DNA from: Eledone cirrhosa
Lineage: Eukaryota
Direction of reading: 5' to 3'
DNA length: 64,000 nt
Assembly: GCA_964016885.1 (NCBI GenBank)
Contig: OZ024753.1
Location: 31,682,001 to 31,746,000, forward strand
Shown: positions 27,081 through 41,819 of the stretch, piece after piece
Layout of the letters: each line of letters starts with the position of its first letter
Numbering within the stretch: the stretch's first letter is position 1
Notes under the pieces: generated by a model
What the model was told of the DNA's origin: nothing
Database searches by the model: none
The model's input: only the letters and a program-made list of their open reading frames with translations
Made by a program: the position numbers and the translations under genes

Positions 27081-30000
27081 CCCTCTCTCCTTTTTCTTTT
27101 TTTTCTTTACATATCTTTCTCAGTAAGAAATCGGCTGTGTTGCGACATGGTGAGACACTGGCTACTTTCCTTTCGTCGGTGACGTCATGTTATAGTGCTG
27201 GTCACCTCATGCTGCTCTCAACGATATAATGAAGCAAGACAGCGGCGCTGGACCGAAGGGATGGTAAAAGGCCAGGCCGCATGACAATCTTCCCGTTCCG
27301 GGAGATAGGTCCCTCATCTGGAATGCTATATTCAATGAGACATTCTCCAGTGGTAACCTGTTGCGACCTGCCACAAGCCCAGGCTCTGCTTCCCTCACGG
27401 CCGAAGAGGGGAAAACTGTCCAAGTATTGGCCGCCCTCTTTCGAGATTTCTGGCGTTCTTGGCCCCCGGAACACACCCCTGCTCACTGCTATCAGAGCGG
27501 AATTGGCTGCCATCAGGTGCGAGTTCCGCACATTGCCGTCTTCCGGGGCAATGTACTATCCATTCTGTCGACCAGGACCAAGAGGCGAAGGCGAAGCTAG
27601 TTGGAGGTGAAAGATACTCGTTCGGACATACACACATACACAAAATAGATAAGTGTGAAATTTATTAGACTGGATCAATTATTGAATTTCTAACTAATTT
27701 ATCACGTCGCTGTTTCTATCCTATTTGCATAATTATGCTATAATTCATTCAGTTCTTTATAAGGAATAATTGAAGGTTCTTGACAACAAATTTCATTTGG
27801 GAACGAAATTATGTATATTGAAAAAAAACTTCTGGGGGTTGGCACGATTTGAATTTTCTTCTATATAAATTGAAACACGCTATGAAATATAATTACGTAT
27901 ATGAACGTATTTACAATACATCAGATATCCACACTTACTCATGGTGCACATATAATGATGCCTTTTTTTTTGTTTGAGGGTATAAAATCAAGACGTGATT
28001 TGTGATAAAAAAAAAAAAGTAGATACGAATTTATTCCTTTTGTCTACTCATAAATTGTGTAATTGTGCATCATCTTCGAGAATATCATCCTACGCAGAAG
28101 TATTTTTTAAAAATCTATAATTTTGGTCAGTTTTATGTGCAAACAGGGAAGTGACGCAGAGGCTTAACTGCGTGTAAATTCTATCAAAATAATGGGTTAA
28201 TCTTGGCAGATTAACAAATGTATTATTCACACATATTGAGGAATGCAATAGGGATACAAATTTGAAAAAAAATATAAAACAATATTCTGGCTACTTTGCA
28301 TATTTCAGATTTCAGTATATAATGAACTAATTTGAATATTTAATTAATTATTGAAGTAGTTTTTGTTTTAAACTGACGTAGCTTGGCACAAGTATTCTGC
28401 ATACCAAGTTTGATGGATGGGCTACTTGAGATAATTGGTGGATGTATATTAATTAGCTGACCTTTTACGGAGGAAGTGTGTGTTGAAAACTTCATTTTCA
28501 AATGTCTGTTGTAGAAATACGCTATAAATTATATGTATAGAAACCTCAGAGAGGTGAAATGCCACGAAGCATTCTATCTGACGTTGTAACTTCTCTGCCA
28601 ATTCACCGCTTTTGCGTCACATTGTTTGTAAATTTGGAATGTATGTTAGCTTAAAACAGACTGGCCAACCTCTAAAAACCTAAACGGGAAGTACCATGAA
28701 AAGAAATGCCCCTAAACGAGGAGAAATGAGGCAAATTGAGGAGATTATACATAATGAAAGCTATACTGATTTTCATAAAAGAATACATCTCTCACCCACC
28801 TCAAAGTGGGTGGGAGATCTTCTCGTAGGACGGGGAGAGTTAACAGGTCTGTTAAAATCATGTCTCACACATGATGCTATCCACTCTTTCCGTCTCTAGT
28901 AGCTTATATGCCCAACATGTTCCTCTATTTTTTATTAACCAAAGCAGTTACATTTACATACATTCAAATTTCATAATTTTCTCATCGCTTTTAAAGTATA
29001 TTGATTGCATTTTTAATATATGTATATACCCGTAACACTTGGTGACATTCTTGGACATTTTCCTCCCCAGGTCTGAACACAGTCGATTTCTTTTAGAGGA
29101 GTAGGAATGAGAGAGTGAGAAAGAGATATAGAGGAAGAATCTACCCCAGTACTAGAATGGTACATTTTTTTTATCGACCTCTAAAGGATGAAAGGCAGAG
29201 TTGACTAATGTGGGATTTTGAATTCAGAGAGCAGAGGGCCGAAAGAAATATCGTAAAGCATTCTATCCAAAGTTTTAACGACTCTACAAATGGCCGCCTT
29301 GTATATTTGCTAACAGAAACATAATCTTCGCGTGTCTATAATATCAGACTTTCTACCTTGGACTCTATTGTTATGGAAATTCTACAATGGTTTCAATTCA
29401 AGCAAGATACCTCGACCCTCCTTACATGAAATGTATAGAGCAAATGAGGAGCCTTTACATTATTGCTTGATTTGCTAGACATAGCAGCCTAATTTCCCTC
29501 ATATCTCTTCCTACCAAACTAACGAAGGAGCATCCTTGTTTGTGAACCTCTTTACTTGAAATATATAGAGGAGCCAAGCCAATGCTTGACATCCCTTGAA
29601 ATAGTAGCTGAATTCCTCTTATGCGATAACCTACCGACAAAACGAGGGAGCAGCTGTGTGGTTAATCATCTTCATTTAGCTAGACGTTTATCATCACTTA
29701 GCTAAATATATAGAGGAGGCGACAATTGAGCCTCTACATAATTGCTTGACTTTCTTAGACATAACAGCTAAATCTCCCTCATATCCTACGCTACCTTGCC
29801 AACTAGGTAGTTTATATGTGATTACTTAATCAGCTAGATATTGCCTCCATTTTTTTCTTCGACAGTTGTTAGCAATTGTTGATTTTATTTTTGTTTTCTT
29901 TCTCTAGCTTGGGGGAAATTTTGAATTCAATTAGAATTTATATGCATGGGTCTTTCAGTATATCACCACTCACCTTAATTATATAACATTTTTGTCATTA

Positions 30001-32253
30001 AGCAATTTGCCTTCCCTTCGCAAGACTTTTGTAATGAAGCAACTAGTAGAAATCAATGTACACTGATTGGAAAAGGCTTCAGTAGATTAATTTTTATTCA
30101 ACATTTCTGGAGCTGACACTTTGCTTGCTAAAAAATATCAAATTTCCCCCCCAAGCATAAAAATTCAATTTTATGGAAATTTAATTAATTTCTATTTCTT
30201 GTAAATTATTTTATCTTTCTTTGACAGTTACTAATAATTGCCACTAAGGTTCCGTTTTATTTCTTCAACTAAGAGGCATATTTCAGTTCATTATGGATTA
30301 TTTCATATCTAGAATTACGTTATCAAATTTATATTTCGATTTTTTTTTTACATATTAAGGCGTGGATTTAGTAAAATACGGCTGCTCTTTCTAGCAGATC
30401 GAGCAACAGTGTACTGGTTCCCTCGTTGAAATCAAAGTTTCGGTCGTCATACCTGTCTCTAACTTTACACCAACATAACGTATTTCTGTATCAATGTAGC
30501 TGATACCTAACTGTGAATAAAATCTGTTTGATATGATGTTTCTTAAGAAATGAGATCTTATCAACGATATATTGTTGATGTATTATGATTTGTCAACGTA
30601 ATTATCACCATAACGTTACATAAAAGATTTGCATCGCCGTTATCTGTAAGGAAATGTATGCATTTGCTGCTTCATAAACCTTTTACTTATATGTTGCACT
30701 TAATTGGCAATTAAACCTAAAATCCTGTGAAATTCAATTATTTTATTTATAATGAATCTTATTACCAATTATGATGTTGATTTCCCATTGTTAATTTCTA
30801 TGTGGATCTTGAGGTATGTATAGAAAATAAGACAACGGGGAAGGCTACAGCTAATGGTGTTTCGAGAACAAAGTGTGAGATAAATATTCTACAGCTAAAC
30901 AATGTGATCGCTGTGAAGAGTGGAGATTAAGTTGGTATGTTGTTGGACTGTCAATCGTTGTAATGACAATGACTTGTCCCTGACACTGTGTGAATGCACA
31001 AAGGCTTAATCTTTAGGTTCTTCAGCTCTCGATGGTAAGGTTGTAAATTCTATTCTTGGCAGCGGATTGTGTCCTTCAGCGAGACACTTTAATTCAGATT
31101 GCTCCAGTCCTCGTTGTAGTGAAAATATATTGTCATTGACACTGTGTGAAGGCACATGACTTAATGGTTAGGACATTCGGCTCACGATCTTAAGGTTATG
31201 AGTTCGATTTCTGGTGATGTTACCCCATTCCACACATTTGGTATAAAAATGAGTTGTCCTTGTAACTCAAAGTTACGAGCCTTGACGCACACAGTGTCAC
31301 ACAGAATCTCCCTGAGAACTTCTTGAAGTGTACGTGTATTTGTGGAATCTCAACTATTTATACGTTAATATCATGAGCAGGCAATTTCATTGTTTGCTCA
31401 ACTAGAACATTCGTAGACGGAAGCGACAGAATTTCATCAACTAACACTGCGCTCTGTGTATAGCAAGGAGACTATTGGTCGTCTCTGCCCCACCGATTGC
31501 AAGTAGATGCCATGAAACCTCTGGTCACAGTCCTAATAAAAGTTAGAACTGTATAACTGCTTTCAGCTGATATTTGGAAACATAGATTAAGAAGCGTTCT
31601 TACATAAAAGTATGGTGGAGTGCATTTAGATAAATATAAACACTTTAAAAGCAAACACCTTTGGTGATATGGATGGTTTCAGGTGTTTGGATCATAACTT
31701 GAGAAAGGCTCATAGATAAAACTATGATATAACGCTTTCACGCGAATACAAATATTTTAAAACGAAGATATTTGTATTATAAGAATTGAAGTAGTTTCAG
31801 CCTGTTAGCCATCAGAGGGGTTAAAGATGATTTTTATGTCAACAAAATACTACGATAACACGAGACATATAAAACGAATCACTTTTGAATAAAATAATAG
31901 ATTTAAGATAGGAAGAAGTGTGGTATTTATGGATGCACTAAACACATTTGTTGCAGTAGATTTCCTAAAGTATTTTTTTTTAAATAAATAGAATAAATTA
32001 AAAAGTATGATAGAGGAAATTTATACATATATGTGTGTATGTATATATATATGTGTGTGTATATGTGTATGTATATATAGGTGTGTGTATATATATATAT
32101 ATGAATGTGTGTGTGTATGTATATATGTGTGTGTGTGTGTGTGTGTGTATGTATATATATGTGTGTGTACATGTATGTATATATATATGTGTGTGTGTGT
32201 ATATATATATGTGTAGGTGTATATATATATATGTGTGTGTGTGTATATATATA

Positions 32254-32336
<83 letters not shown>

Positions 32337-32705
32337 GTGCGATAGCATTATGGTTTCTCATTTTCTTTTTAATTAATTTAGTTCATTGTCTATTAATAAA
32401 ACGTAGCTTTATCGTATTCATATTGCTGACAAGACAGTTTTTCAGAATCTTTTGCCTTCTAAACTAATTACTAACTTTCTATATCTTTAGAAAGTTTCTA
32501 TTTAAAGAAAATCGAATTTTAAAAGCCATTTATCACAAATTCTTATAAATTTCTTTTGACATACTACTGATGCATTTATGGTAGATATCGCTGTCGAGCA
32601 TGCAAGCATATTGTTCATAAGTATGTATGTAAGTGTGTCTGAGTACGTGTGTGTGTGTTTTTTTTTATAAATAATATATATATTATATAAATGTGCATGT
32701 GTATA

Positions 32706-32748
<43 letters not shown>

Positions 32749-33628
32749 CGTGTGTCTGTATGCCCGAAGGCATGTACTTTAGTTTTTTTGCAGTGTTCGG
32801 CTCGCAACCGTAAGGCTGAGTTCGATTACCTGTAGCACGGTGTCTCCTAGAACGTGATACATTATTTTAGATCGGTCCAGTCGATTCGGTTGGGAAAAGA
32901 TGAAATCTAGAGGGCATAACCTGTTTTAAAAACGCCCTTCAGCTGCATCATTTATTCCCAGGCTAACATTTGAAACGTTTTAGTATATATTTTGACCCAA
33001 ATGTTGTTATTGAAACAGAGAACTTGTTCAACATACTTTGAACCCAGCTCCTTAACCACACCCTAACTGAACTTGATATCACTAGCAAGCACATTTAGAT
33101 AGAATCAACACCAAAATACTAAGCGATTTAAGGTTAACATTTTGAAGTAATGGGACCGAAGGAATAAATCGATTTAAAAACATTTATAACATACATAGTC
33201 ATACATTTCACTCAATTTGCCGTGATCGATAACTTTGCGTCCATAGATGAAAGCATCTCTGTTAAAAGTGTTTGTATTCGTCAAACATCATTCTACCATA
33301 ACAAAAAATATATAAACGTTTCACAATACAATGGAAGATCTGCTTTTGCTACTAAGTGACCTCAGCGGACAACAATATTTTACTAGTCGAACGAAGGAAA
33401 TCGGACATGAGTAGGACTGTATATATATATGTGTGTGTGTGTGTGGGTATGTGTATATATATATAGAGAGAGAGAGCTTTTATTGAGATATCTCAGCATT
33501 TTGGTAATTGTAGTTATTACAACTATGTATATATTTGTGTAAGTATGTATATATATATACACACACACACCACACACCACACTCACACACACACATATAT
33601 ATATATATATATACACACACCCACACAC

Positions 33629-33663
<35 letters not shown>

Positions 33664-33667
33664 CAAA

Positions 33668-33804
33668 TGCATAACTGAATTGAAATATCAGTTCATGAAA
33701 TACAGAAGTTTAAGAGAGGTAACAAGTAAAATAGTTTAAAATAGTTTAACCTAAAGGCGGTGTATAAAAGATATGAGATTAATATCCAAGGTGTTAACAT
33801 ACTG

Positions 33805-33838
<34 letters not shown>

Positions 33839-33988
33839 ACGCACGCTCGCGCGCGCGCATAACTGAATTGAAATATCAGTTCATGAAATACAGAAGTTTA
33901 AGAGAGGTAACAAGTAAAATAGTTTAACCTAAAGGCGATGTATAAAAGATATGAGATCAATATCCAAGGTGTTAACATACTGACACAT
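33668..33988. repeat. Direct duplication of ~130 bp separated by a (CA)n/(CG)n tract
   Basis: gcataactgaattgaaatatcag...gttaacatactgacaca occurs twice. Confidence 0.9.
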
Positions 33989-36696
33989 CATTTAACATCA
34001 TGAGCTCCTTGGGTTTAATCCCACTGTATAGCACTAAGTGCAAGTGTGTTTGTCATAGCCTCAAGTTGATTCATACATTGTAAAACAAATTGAATAGACG
34101 AAAATTGTGTGAATTGGACTACTGATGTAATTCAAAGGTCCAGCTTTGTCATACGTTGAGACATTCTGGTTGGCCTTGTGAATTACCTTGGAGTACACCT
34201 GTCTGTTAATTTACCTAGAATTAATTCTCTTCGTCGAAAGAGGCGGAATTTATATCCATGTCCTGCTATGAATCTATGTTTCTTTCTGTTCTACCGTTAT
34301 TTTTGTTGTTGTTACTGTTGTTTGCCACAAATACACGCGTTAGGGTGGGGTGTATTTTTTCAAAAATTACTCGACTAAAAATATTGAGGCAGGGATGGCA
34401 CTTTTACAGATATTAAGATTCCAAATGTTTAAACCTCAACTCATTACTCTGAGGTGAATGACAAAAGTTCGTCAAGGCATTGTTGTAACCATTTATATAT
34501 TTGGCACGGTAGTCATTTGTATTGTTATTCGTATATTGAGTTCAGATGAATACGGATTCTTCACAAGAGGGGTGCTAATAGCCTCCTCAATAATGTAAAC
34601 AAACATACTTCATAGTTATTTTCAAACACAAAAACATCCAATCAAATGACACTGGTGTCACGCAGACATCTTCAAAACGGAGACTACAATTAAGAACCAC
34701 CAACGAATCTTAAAACTGTTTACGCTTGAATAGTAGATGACAATATAAACCCCAACAACGACAGTATTCTTGTGAAGATTAACGCCGCCGGGCATCATTA
34801 GCATTATGTCCAGTGCAATTTGCCAGACGAAGAGGAAGGAGATTCTCCACCCACATCTTTGTCAAGATAAATTACTCTTTTGTGCCAACACTCATTCAAT
34901 GATTGTAATTCAATTCCGTGTCTTTAATGAAACGAAGCCACGAAATGTTAGTTTGTTTGCTTTGTTTCGTGTTTGTGTTGTGTGTTTTGGTTTTCCTATA
35001 TTGTGTATCAACACAATTTATCACTCCGACTGTCTTTACTATAGAGAGGAGCAGGAAGAGGAAAAGACGAATATAAATGACCACAGTATTGACATACAGC
35101 ATTGAAGATAAAATTAATATTTCGCGCTGAAGAAATATTTCGAAGAGCAACATTTAAACAGATTTTCTTTCTCGGTTTTCTATTTATAGATTTAGATATT
35201 TTCCTACATATTTCCCTTTTAATGTTTTGTTTCTTTTGTTGATGTTTTTATTTTTTAATTTTACCCATTTTGTTTAAATTTTGTGCACATTTTATGAATA
35301 TCTCATCTGAAGTTCGGCCATTTAGAACGCTTTTCCATTTCAATGTAATATTATAGCATTGCTCATCTGTAGCAAGATATTTAGTGTCGCATAAGAAGTG
35401 TTCTGTAAACAACTTCAGAAAGCAACTATGTGTTGTCTCTATAGTTTTCAGCCTTCAGATATAATATATTCACATTTCGCTCTACAGTAATTCTACTTGT
35501 TGGAATTGGGTTTTGTCTTTTCTTTACACATTTGTTTTGTTTTGTTGTTTTTGTGAGGGGGGGGGGGGTTCTAGTCACAGTGAAATCTTCTTTAATTAGA
35601 CTCTGTAAAACTTTGGATTATGATATATTTCTCAAGTTCTCGATGTTCTGATATTTGTTTCTTGCCATCTCCTTTACAAATCCAAAACTGCTATTTCATA
35701 TCAACTGTGAAGAACTCTTAACAACACTTGCTATTATGAAGATTAGACGAAATCAAAGAAAACATAAATATGAAAATAACAAGCCAAAGAGTCCCTTATA
35801 GCGAAATAAATTTTGAAGGAGAACATATAATGATGTTTTGGAAATATTGCCAAAATTATAATTCTTAAGATTTCAGTTATTCTTAGTCTTGGCACTAAAT
35901 GGTGAAATAAAAAAAATTATAAAATGGAAGCGTTTATCAGTTCTGAAAGGTAAATAACATGTAGCTGGTTCTTGGTACGCTTATCAAATAGAATTAGATG
36001 GCAATTTATGCTTTTAAGTTAAACATTTCTAAGCCCTTCGTGTAATCCTAAAAGACATCAGTAATTCTATAGTAAGTGGAGGCACAAATATAGGAAACTA
36101 CTTGCTAGTTCTTACAAACACACACATTTAGGTATGCACACACATGAAAGTATATATTTATATATATACACTCAAACATATATATATATATATGAGCCAA
36201 CTTAGACAGCTTCATATGCAAATGATATTAATCACCTCATTTACACAGACGATAAAACTATATACTCTCACCTGTTTTCAAAGTCCCGCAGTTCCAAGAG
36301 TGGGAGGGATCGTCGGATGAGAACCAGTTCAGTTCGAAATGCATCGGCGATTGTCCCCCTTGTTTGTGCTGGACACCGCCAGGTGGCGATAGCTGCCGGT
36401 GTTTCTACATAGCTACGGCTTTCGAAATCTTTATTTATGAACATAACGTATTTCTTTAGAAATACAAAATTCCAATACACTCATATATATATGATGTATT
36501 TTACATTGTAAACATGCAGAATCTCATGGTGCGTGGGCGTGTGTGGTGTGGTATAGTATAATAATTATTATAATAATTATATATATATATATATGTATAT
36601 GTATAAATGAGCGTGCATGTCTGTACGTGAATACACGCACACACACACACTCACATATTTATATATGTATATGTATATATATACATATATACACAC

Positions 36697-36727
<31 letters not shown>

Positions 36728-39385
36728 TATATATATATACACATATATGTGTTTATATATACACATATATATATATCTATATACACACATATATATATAT
36801 ATACACATATATATATATGTATGTGTGTGTATATATATATACCCATATATATATATATATATACACACATATATATATATATATATATACCCATATATAT
36901 ATATATATATGTATACATATATATATATGTACACATATATATATATATATATATACATATATACACACACATATATATAATATGAGAGTGTGTGTTTGTG
37001 TGTATCTATTTATGTACAAATATGTATGTTTATTTATACATATTTATATATATATATAATTATTATATTATACTATACTATATACGCCCACGTACTATGA
37101 GATTCAGCATGTTTATAATGTAAAATACATCATGTCGCTTGAAAAATATATTAATATTGCCAAAATAAGCTATTTTCCTACAGCTACTTATATTCACTTA
37201 GAAAGTAAGTCAAGCAGAGAAACACTGCGACTTTCAGCAGTGATATACTTGGCAAATATGAAATAACTCTTGAATACATTCGAAAAACGTTGTCTATGGA
37301 TACAACTTTAAAACAGGTTGGAAGAGGATTCTTCTTACTCTCTGTTATTTATACTATAACGTAATCTGAAAAATGTTCAGCAAATTTTCTTTGATCTAAA
37401 GAAGATAAGACATTCCTATACCAGTTTATATATATATATATATGTATGTATATATATATATATATGCATATATATTTATATATGTGTTAATGGGTTTACG
37501 TTATATGTTGTCAGACCAAAAATACCCAGTAACATCAAGATACATTACTGATTATGAAAGTCGTATTCATTGCATTATAATTACTTCAACACAATAGATC
37601 TGGTTTCAAATCATGATTTGGAGATTGTATTTGAGCAGAATTTAAATATGACATTCCAGCAGAGACAGGGATAAAATACGAAAGTCCATAAAACCTTGCA
37701 AAGGTCTATAACAATACTAATCAATTTTGAAAGCACTTCTAGTTTCGATATGATTGGTTTCCTTGGAGAATTACATTGTCTGACATTTCAGATGCAGATA
37801 TTTTAATGTATTTCATCTCGCTTTGAAGTAAGAAATGAAAAGAATTTCTAAATGTTTCTTATTTTCCTTCTATATCTCATTATAAATCTCCTTGAACTTT
37901 TCTTAATGCCTCGTAGATTTGTTGTCCGACAAATGGAGATCGATAAATTTAGAGTCAGACAGGAAAACCTAAGGCAGTGCTCCATCATCGCCACAGTCAA
38001 ACGAAAGAATAAACGTAAAGCAGCTAATTCCGATATGGTCTCCATAAAACATTCTAAAAGTTAAAACATGGCGGTGGTATATGTAAAATTAGTTTCAATA
38101 AGTCAATATAGTTAATATAGTTTATTAATTATTTACATTAATGTATTTTCTTAATGTCATAAAAGTTATAATATATTAAATTCGTGTAATAATTGTATTT
38201 GAATAGTGCATTAATCTAATAATTGTATAATATATTACATTAGCGTAATTCTATGTATATAAATATTTATATAAATATTGTTTTAACAGAGAAATCAGCA
38301 GTTAAATAACAAATATTTCATTTGTCGAGAATTTAAACGAGATTTCCATTCAATCTAATGATATATTAGTTAATATTTTTTTAATATTCCATACAATTTA
38401 AATACATTATTTTCGTTTTCTACCAAATATGTGTGTATGTGCGCGTATTTTTTTCCTTTTTGTGTGTGTATGAATATAGATATACATGTGTATACATATA
38501 GGTAGGTAGGTTTATGGATTTAAATGACATTAAGGGAAGGTGTAGTGTAGAGGAGAGAAAATGAATCTACATAGGTTCAATATGTGTACAAATGACAATC
38601 AAAATTTGAGCCTGTGGCTTGAATCGACATATTGTTTATTATAAGGGGACTCAACTTGCTGTCCCAAATCATTGGGTCTGTTTCAAGTGTTTTAAGACAA
38701 TACCACATTAACTCTGTGTCTAATTACTAATTACCTACGTTATAAGATATGAAAATAAACAGCCGACACCGTACATATTAATTTTATCTACAGCAGTAAC
38801 TAATTCTCACATCAGTCTCGTTCTCGTTAGGTATTAATTTCTAAACTTGAACAATGCCGCCTACCACCTTTCTTTTTCATTAGTGAGTGTTCTCATCAGT
38901 GAGTCGCCTTCCTACTGATGGGTTCCCTCCACTTGTCAATCAAACTATAACCCCGCCCCCGATGAGATAAATGTGAACCAAATTAAATGAAACAGATATG
39001 TTTCTATATTTGCTATCGAACCGGTAAAAGCTTCACCGTAGGACAGAAGATCCTTAGAGTATATATATATATACAGTTATATAACATGTATCGTTACCTT
39101 GTAAGCCACCTCGTTGGTAGTGCAGTTTCGAGCATTAAGGTGGTACTGTAAAAGATATAACATATATGTGTTTGACTTAGTGTGTGTATGTATTCCCCAT
39201 ATTCACGAGTTGACTCTGCCCTTGTGATTGAAATTAGATCAACAGAAACTATATGAAAGCCTAAATGGATTGTATTGAAATCTTGTCGCACATTTTGTCA
39301 CATTGATCCGCTAATAACTCGAGGTGATCGATCGTGAAACGCCAGTCACCCATGAACAAACATAATGATGCTATACTGATACCTC

Positions 39386-39428
<43 letters not shown>

Positions 39429-39513
39429 TATATATATAATATATATAAAGAATAATATATATAAAGAATGAATAATAACAGGTAGACATCATAAAAAGGT
39501 AATTTATTCCGTG

Positions 39514-39625
39514 TGCTTACAAATGTTTCCACGGTGGTACTACAGCCTAGTTATGGTATGTGCAAATTTACAACTATTTGCAGAACTCAAATATCCAATG
39601 CTGTGACCACTTTATCCTCAGAGCA
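39514..39625 (-). ncRNA. Type I hammerhead ribozyme with long stem II
   Basis: Minus strand reads tgct-CTGAGGA-(~85 nt with gtggt/accac and acagc/gctgt pairing)-GAAA-catttg-TA-agca. Confidence 0.65.
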
Positions 39626-40120
39626 GACTGGTTTAAATGTACAATGTAAATACCCTTAAGTGGGGTTGTTGGAGAAGATAGAGTAGAAAAGGGAGAGAGA
39701 AAAGTAGGGGAGAGGGAGAGAGAGAGAAAGATATGCAGGGGTTGGAGAGATAGGAGAGAGTGGTTTGTAGATATCTTAATCAAAAGTTATGGTAGGGGTT
39801 TATTATACTGGTTACTTTTGGAGAGATGCGTTGATAGTTAAGGTCGGAATTATTTATTGCCCCAGAGGGCAGGTTCATAGATGTGGAGAGGAAGGTAGGC
39901 CAAAGGCGAGAGAGAGAGAGAGTGTGTGTAATGGATGTAGAGAGAGAGATAGAGAGGGGACAGACGAAGCCTATGTGGTGAGTGAACTCTGGGTTCGTAG
40001 TAGTAATCTGAGAATTGCACTGAGTTACCATTTATAGTGATAAGCAGTGTATTGTCTTGTAGTGTGGGGGAAGAGAAGGTGGTTAGCTAGAAAGCGATGT
40101 TATAGTTACGGGTTCGAATG

Positions 40121-40264
40121 TTAAGTTATTTTATAGTAAGAGAATTTAGCTTTTAGTTTGTGGTTGCAGTATAATGATCGTTCGATTCTATCGTTAAGTA
40201 GTTTGTTTTTGGATTTTAATATGTAAAAGAGTTCAAGGTTACATAACCTGCAGTACTTCAATCC
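40121..40264 (-). pseudogene. C-terminal fragment of a Penelope-like element ORF (GIY-YIG endonuclease tail)
   Basis: Manual translation GLKYCRLCNLELFYILKSKNKLLNDRIERSLYCNHKLKAKFSYYKIT* fits the CxxC..E...LLNxRxE...CxH motif at the end of some PLE ORFs. Not in the ORF track. Confidence 0.75.
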
Positions 40265-40393
40265 ATGGATTGAAGTACTGCAGGTTATGTAACCTTACGG
40301 GGGTCGATAAAATAAAGTACCAGTAATACACTGAGATAATTGCTGGCCTTGTCCCAAAACTAGAAACAATTATATATACATATATATGCGTGT

Positions 40394-40617
40394 GTGAAGG
40401 CGCGTGACCGAGTGGTTAGAGAATTGGATTTGCAATCGAAAGGTTGTGAGTTCGAATCCAGGGACCGGGCGATGCGTTATGTCCTTGAGCAAGACACTTT
40501 ATTTCACGTTGTTCCTTCTACCTAGAATTGCGACCGATAGATAGTATTAGCAATTGGAAAGACCAACGGAAACATTGTTTCCTCGGTCCGATTTGAGGAA
40601 AGTCGATCGACTGTCGA
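40394..40617 (+). mobile_element. SINE family 2
   Basis: Highly similar to the 14116 and 47812 copies. Confidence 0.85.
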
Positions 40618-40665
40618 TATATATATACATATATACATATGTATATATACATGTATATATATATA

Positions 40666-40761
40666 TACATGTGTCCCCCACAAATGTTTACGCTTCAAAA
40701 ACATTCTAAAATATATTGCCTGTACAGATCATCAAAGTGTGCATGCATTTATGGGGTATAG

Positions 40762-40766
<5 letters not shown>
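40666..40766. mobile_element. Degenerate Tc1/mariner-type MITE (related ends at 1-27, 11092-11110, 43850-43910)
   Basis: TA-CAGGGTG(T/G)-type termini next to (TA)n. 43850-43907 is similar to the reverse complement of the right half of this copy. Confidence 0.5.
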
Positions 40767-40804
<38 letters not shown>

Positions 40805-40909
40805 TTGTGTACACATATATCTTATACATTATAAGTTTATAAAATAAAGTACCATTAATGCACTGGATAATTGCTGGCCTTGTGTCTAAAGTAGAAACAA
40901 TTATAAGTC

Positions 40910-40915
<6 letters not shown>

Positions 40916-40941
<26 letters not shown>

Positions 40942-41148
40942 TCACTCACTCACACACTCACTCACTCACTCACTCACTCACTCACTCACTCACTCACTCA
41001 CTCACTCACTCACTCACTCACTCACTCACTCACTCACTCACTCACTCACTCACTCACTCAATCACTCACTCACTCACTCACTCACTCACTCACTCACTCA
41101 CTCACTCACTCACTCACTCACTCACTCACTCACTCACTCACTCACTCA

Positions 41149-41214
<66 letters not shown>

Positions 41215-41282
41215 TACATACATACATACACACATACATACATACATACATACATACATACATACATACATACATACATACA
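40916..41282. repeat. Compound microsatellite (CA)n-(CACT)n-(CA)n-(CATA)n
   Basis: Directly visible. Confidence 0.95.
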
Positions 41283-41422
41283 TTGTTACACTTTGGGAGG
41301 GTCATGTTGCCAATAAGAAACACACGCACCAGTATTGGCAACATGACCCTCCCAAAGTGTAACAATATCGGTTTCAACACACGATTTCAGATAAAGAATC
41401 TTGCTAAACAAATTCAGAAACG

Positions 41423-41472
<50 letters not shown>

Positions 41473-41819
41473 AAGAAATCCAGCAGTTGTAACGTTTCAT
41501 TTACAGATAATTTTAATTTTCTGACAGACAATGCAAACATATATTCTTCATTGAATGATTCCTTCATTGCTGACTACGTATGATTTTTTTTTTTTAATTT
41601 CACCGCAACAGCAAACTAAGTGAATTACTGTTGAAATAATGAATTATAGATGATATAGCATACAATATCATCATAGATAGCATCGTACGTAGATGGCCCC
41701 TTTCATAATTAACACAGTAATTACATATGTATCTGTAGTTCAATGACATCTGAGGTAATTATATTGCCAGCTAAATGATGACGAATCGAATGGAAGATTA
41801 TAACACAACTAATATGATT

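Larger units (their letters stand above)
39430..40296 (-). mobile_element. 5'-truncated Penelope-like element: ORF tail, 3' pLTR with hammerhead, 62-bp 5' fold-back
   Basis: ORF tail 40121-40264, hammerhead 39514-39625, AATAAA just downstream of it, (TA)n at the 3' end, perfect palindrome 40235-40296 at the truncation point. Confidence 0.75.

Noticed and set aside
34380-34830. Faint RTE-like peptide echoes (also 58500-58730)
   Set aside because: Too degenerate to support without an alignment.
37852-38064. 70-aa basic ORF
   Set aside because: It overlaps what appears to be a degenerate repeat 3' end similar to ~24480 and ~44075; no recognisable domain.
39789-40037. YCPRG motif suggesting the next guanylyl cyclase exon (EYCPRGSL)
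   Set aside because: The surrounding residues do not match, there are no fitting splice sites, and it lies antisense within the PLE 3' region.
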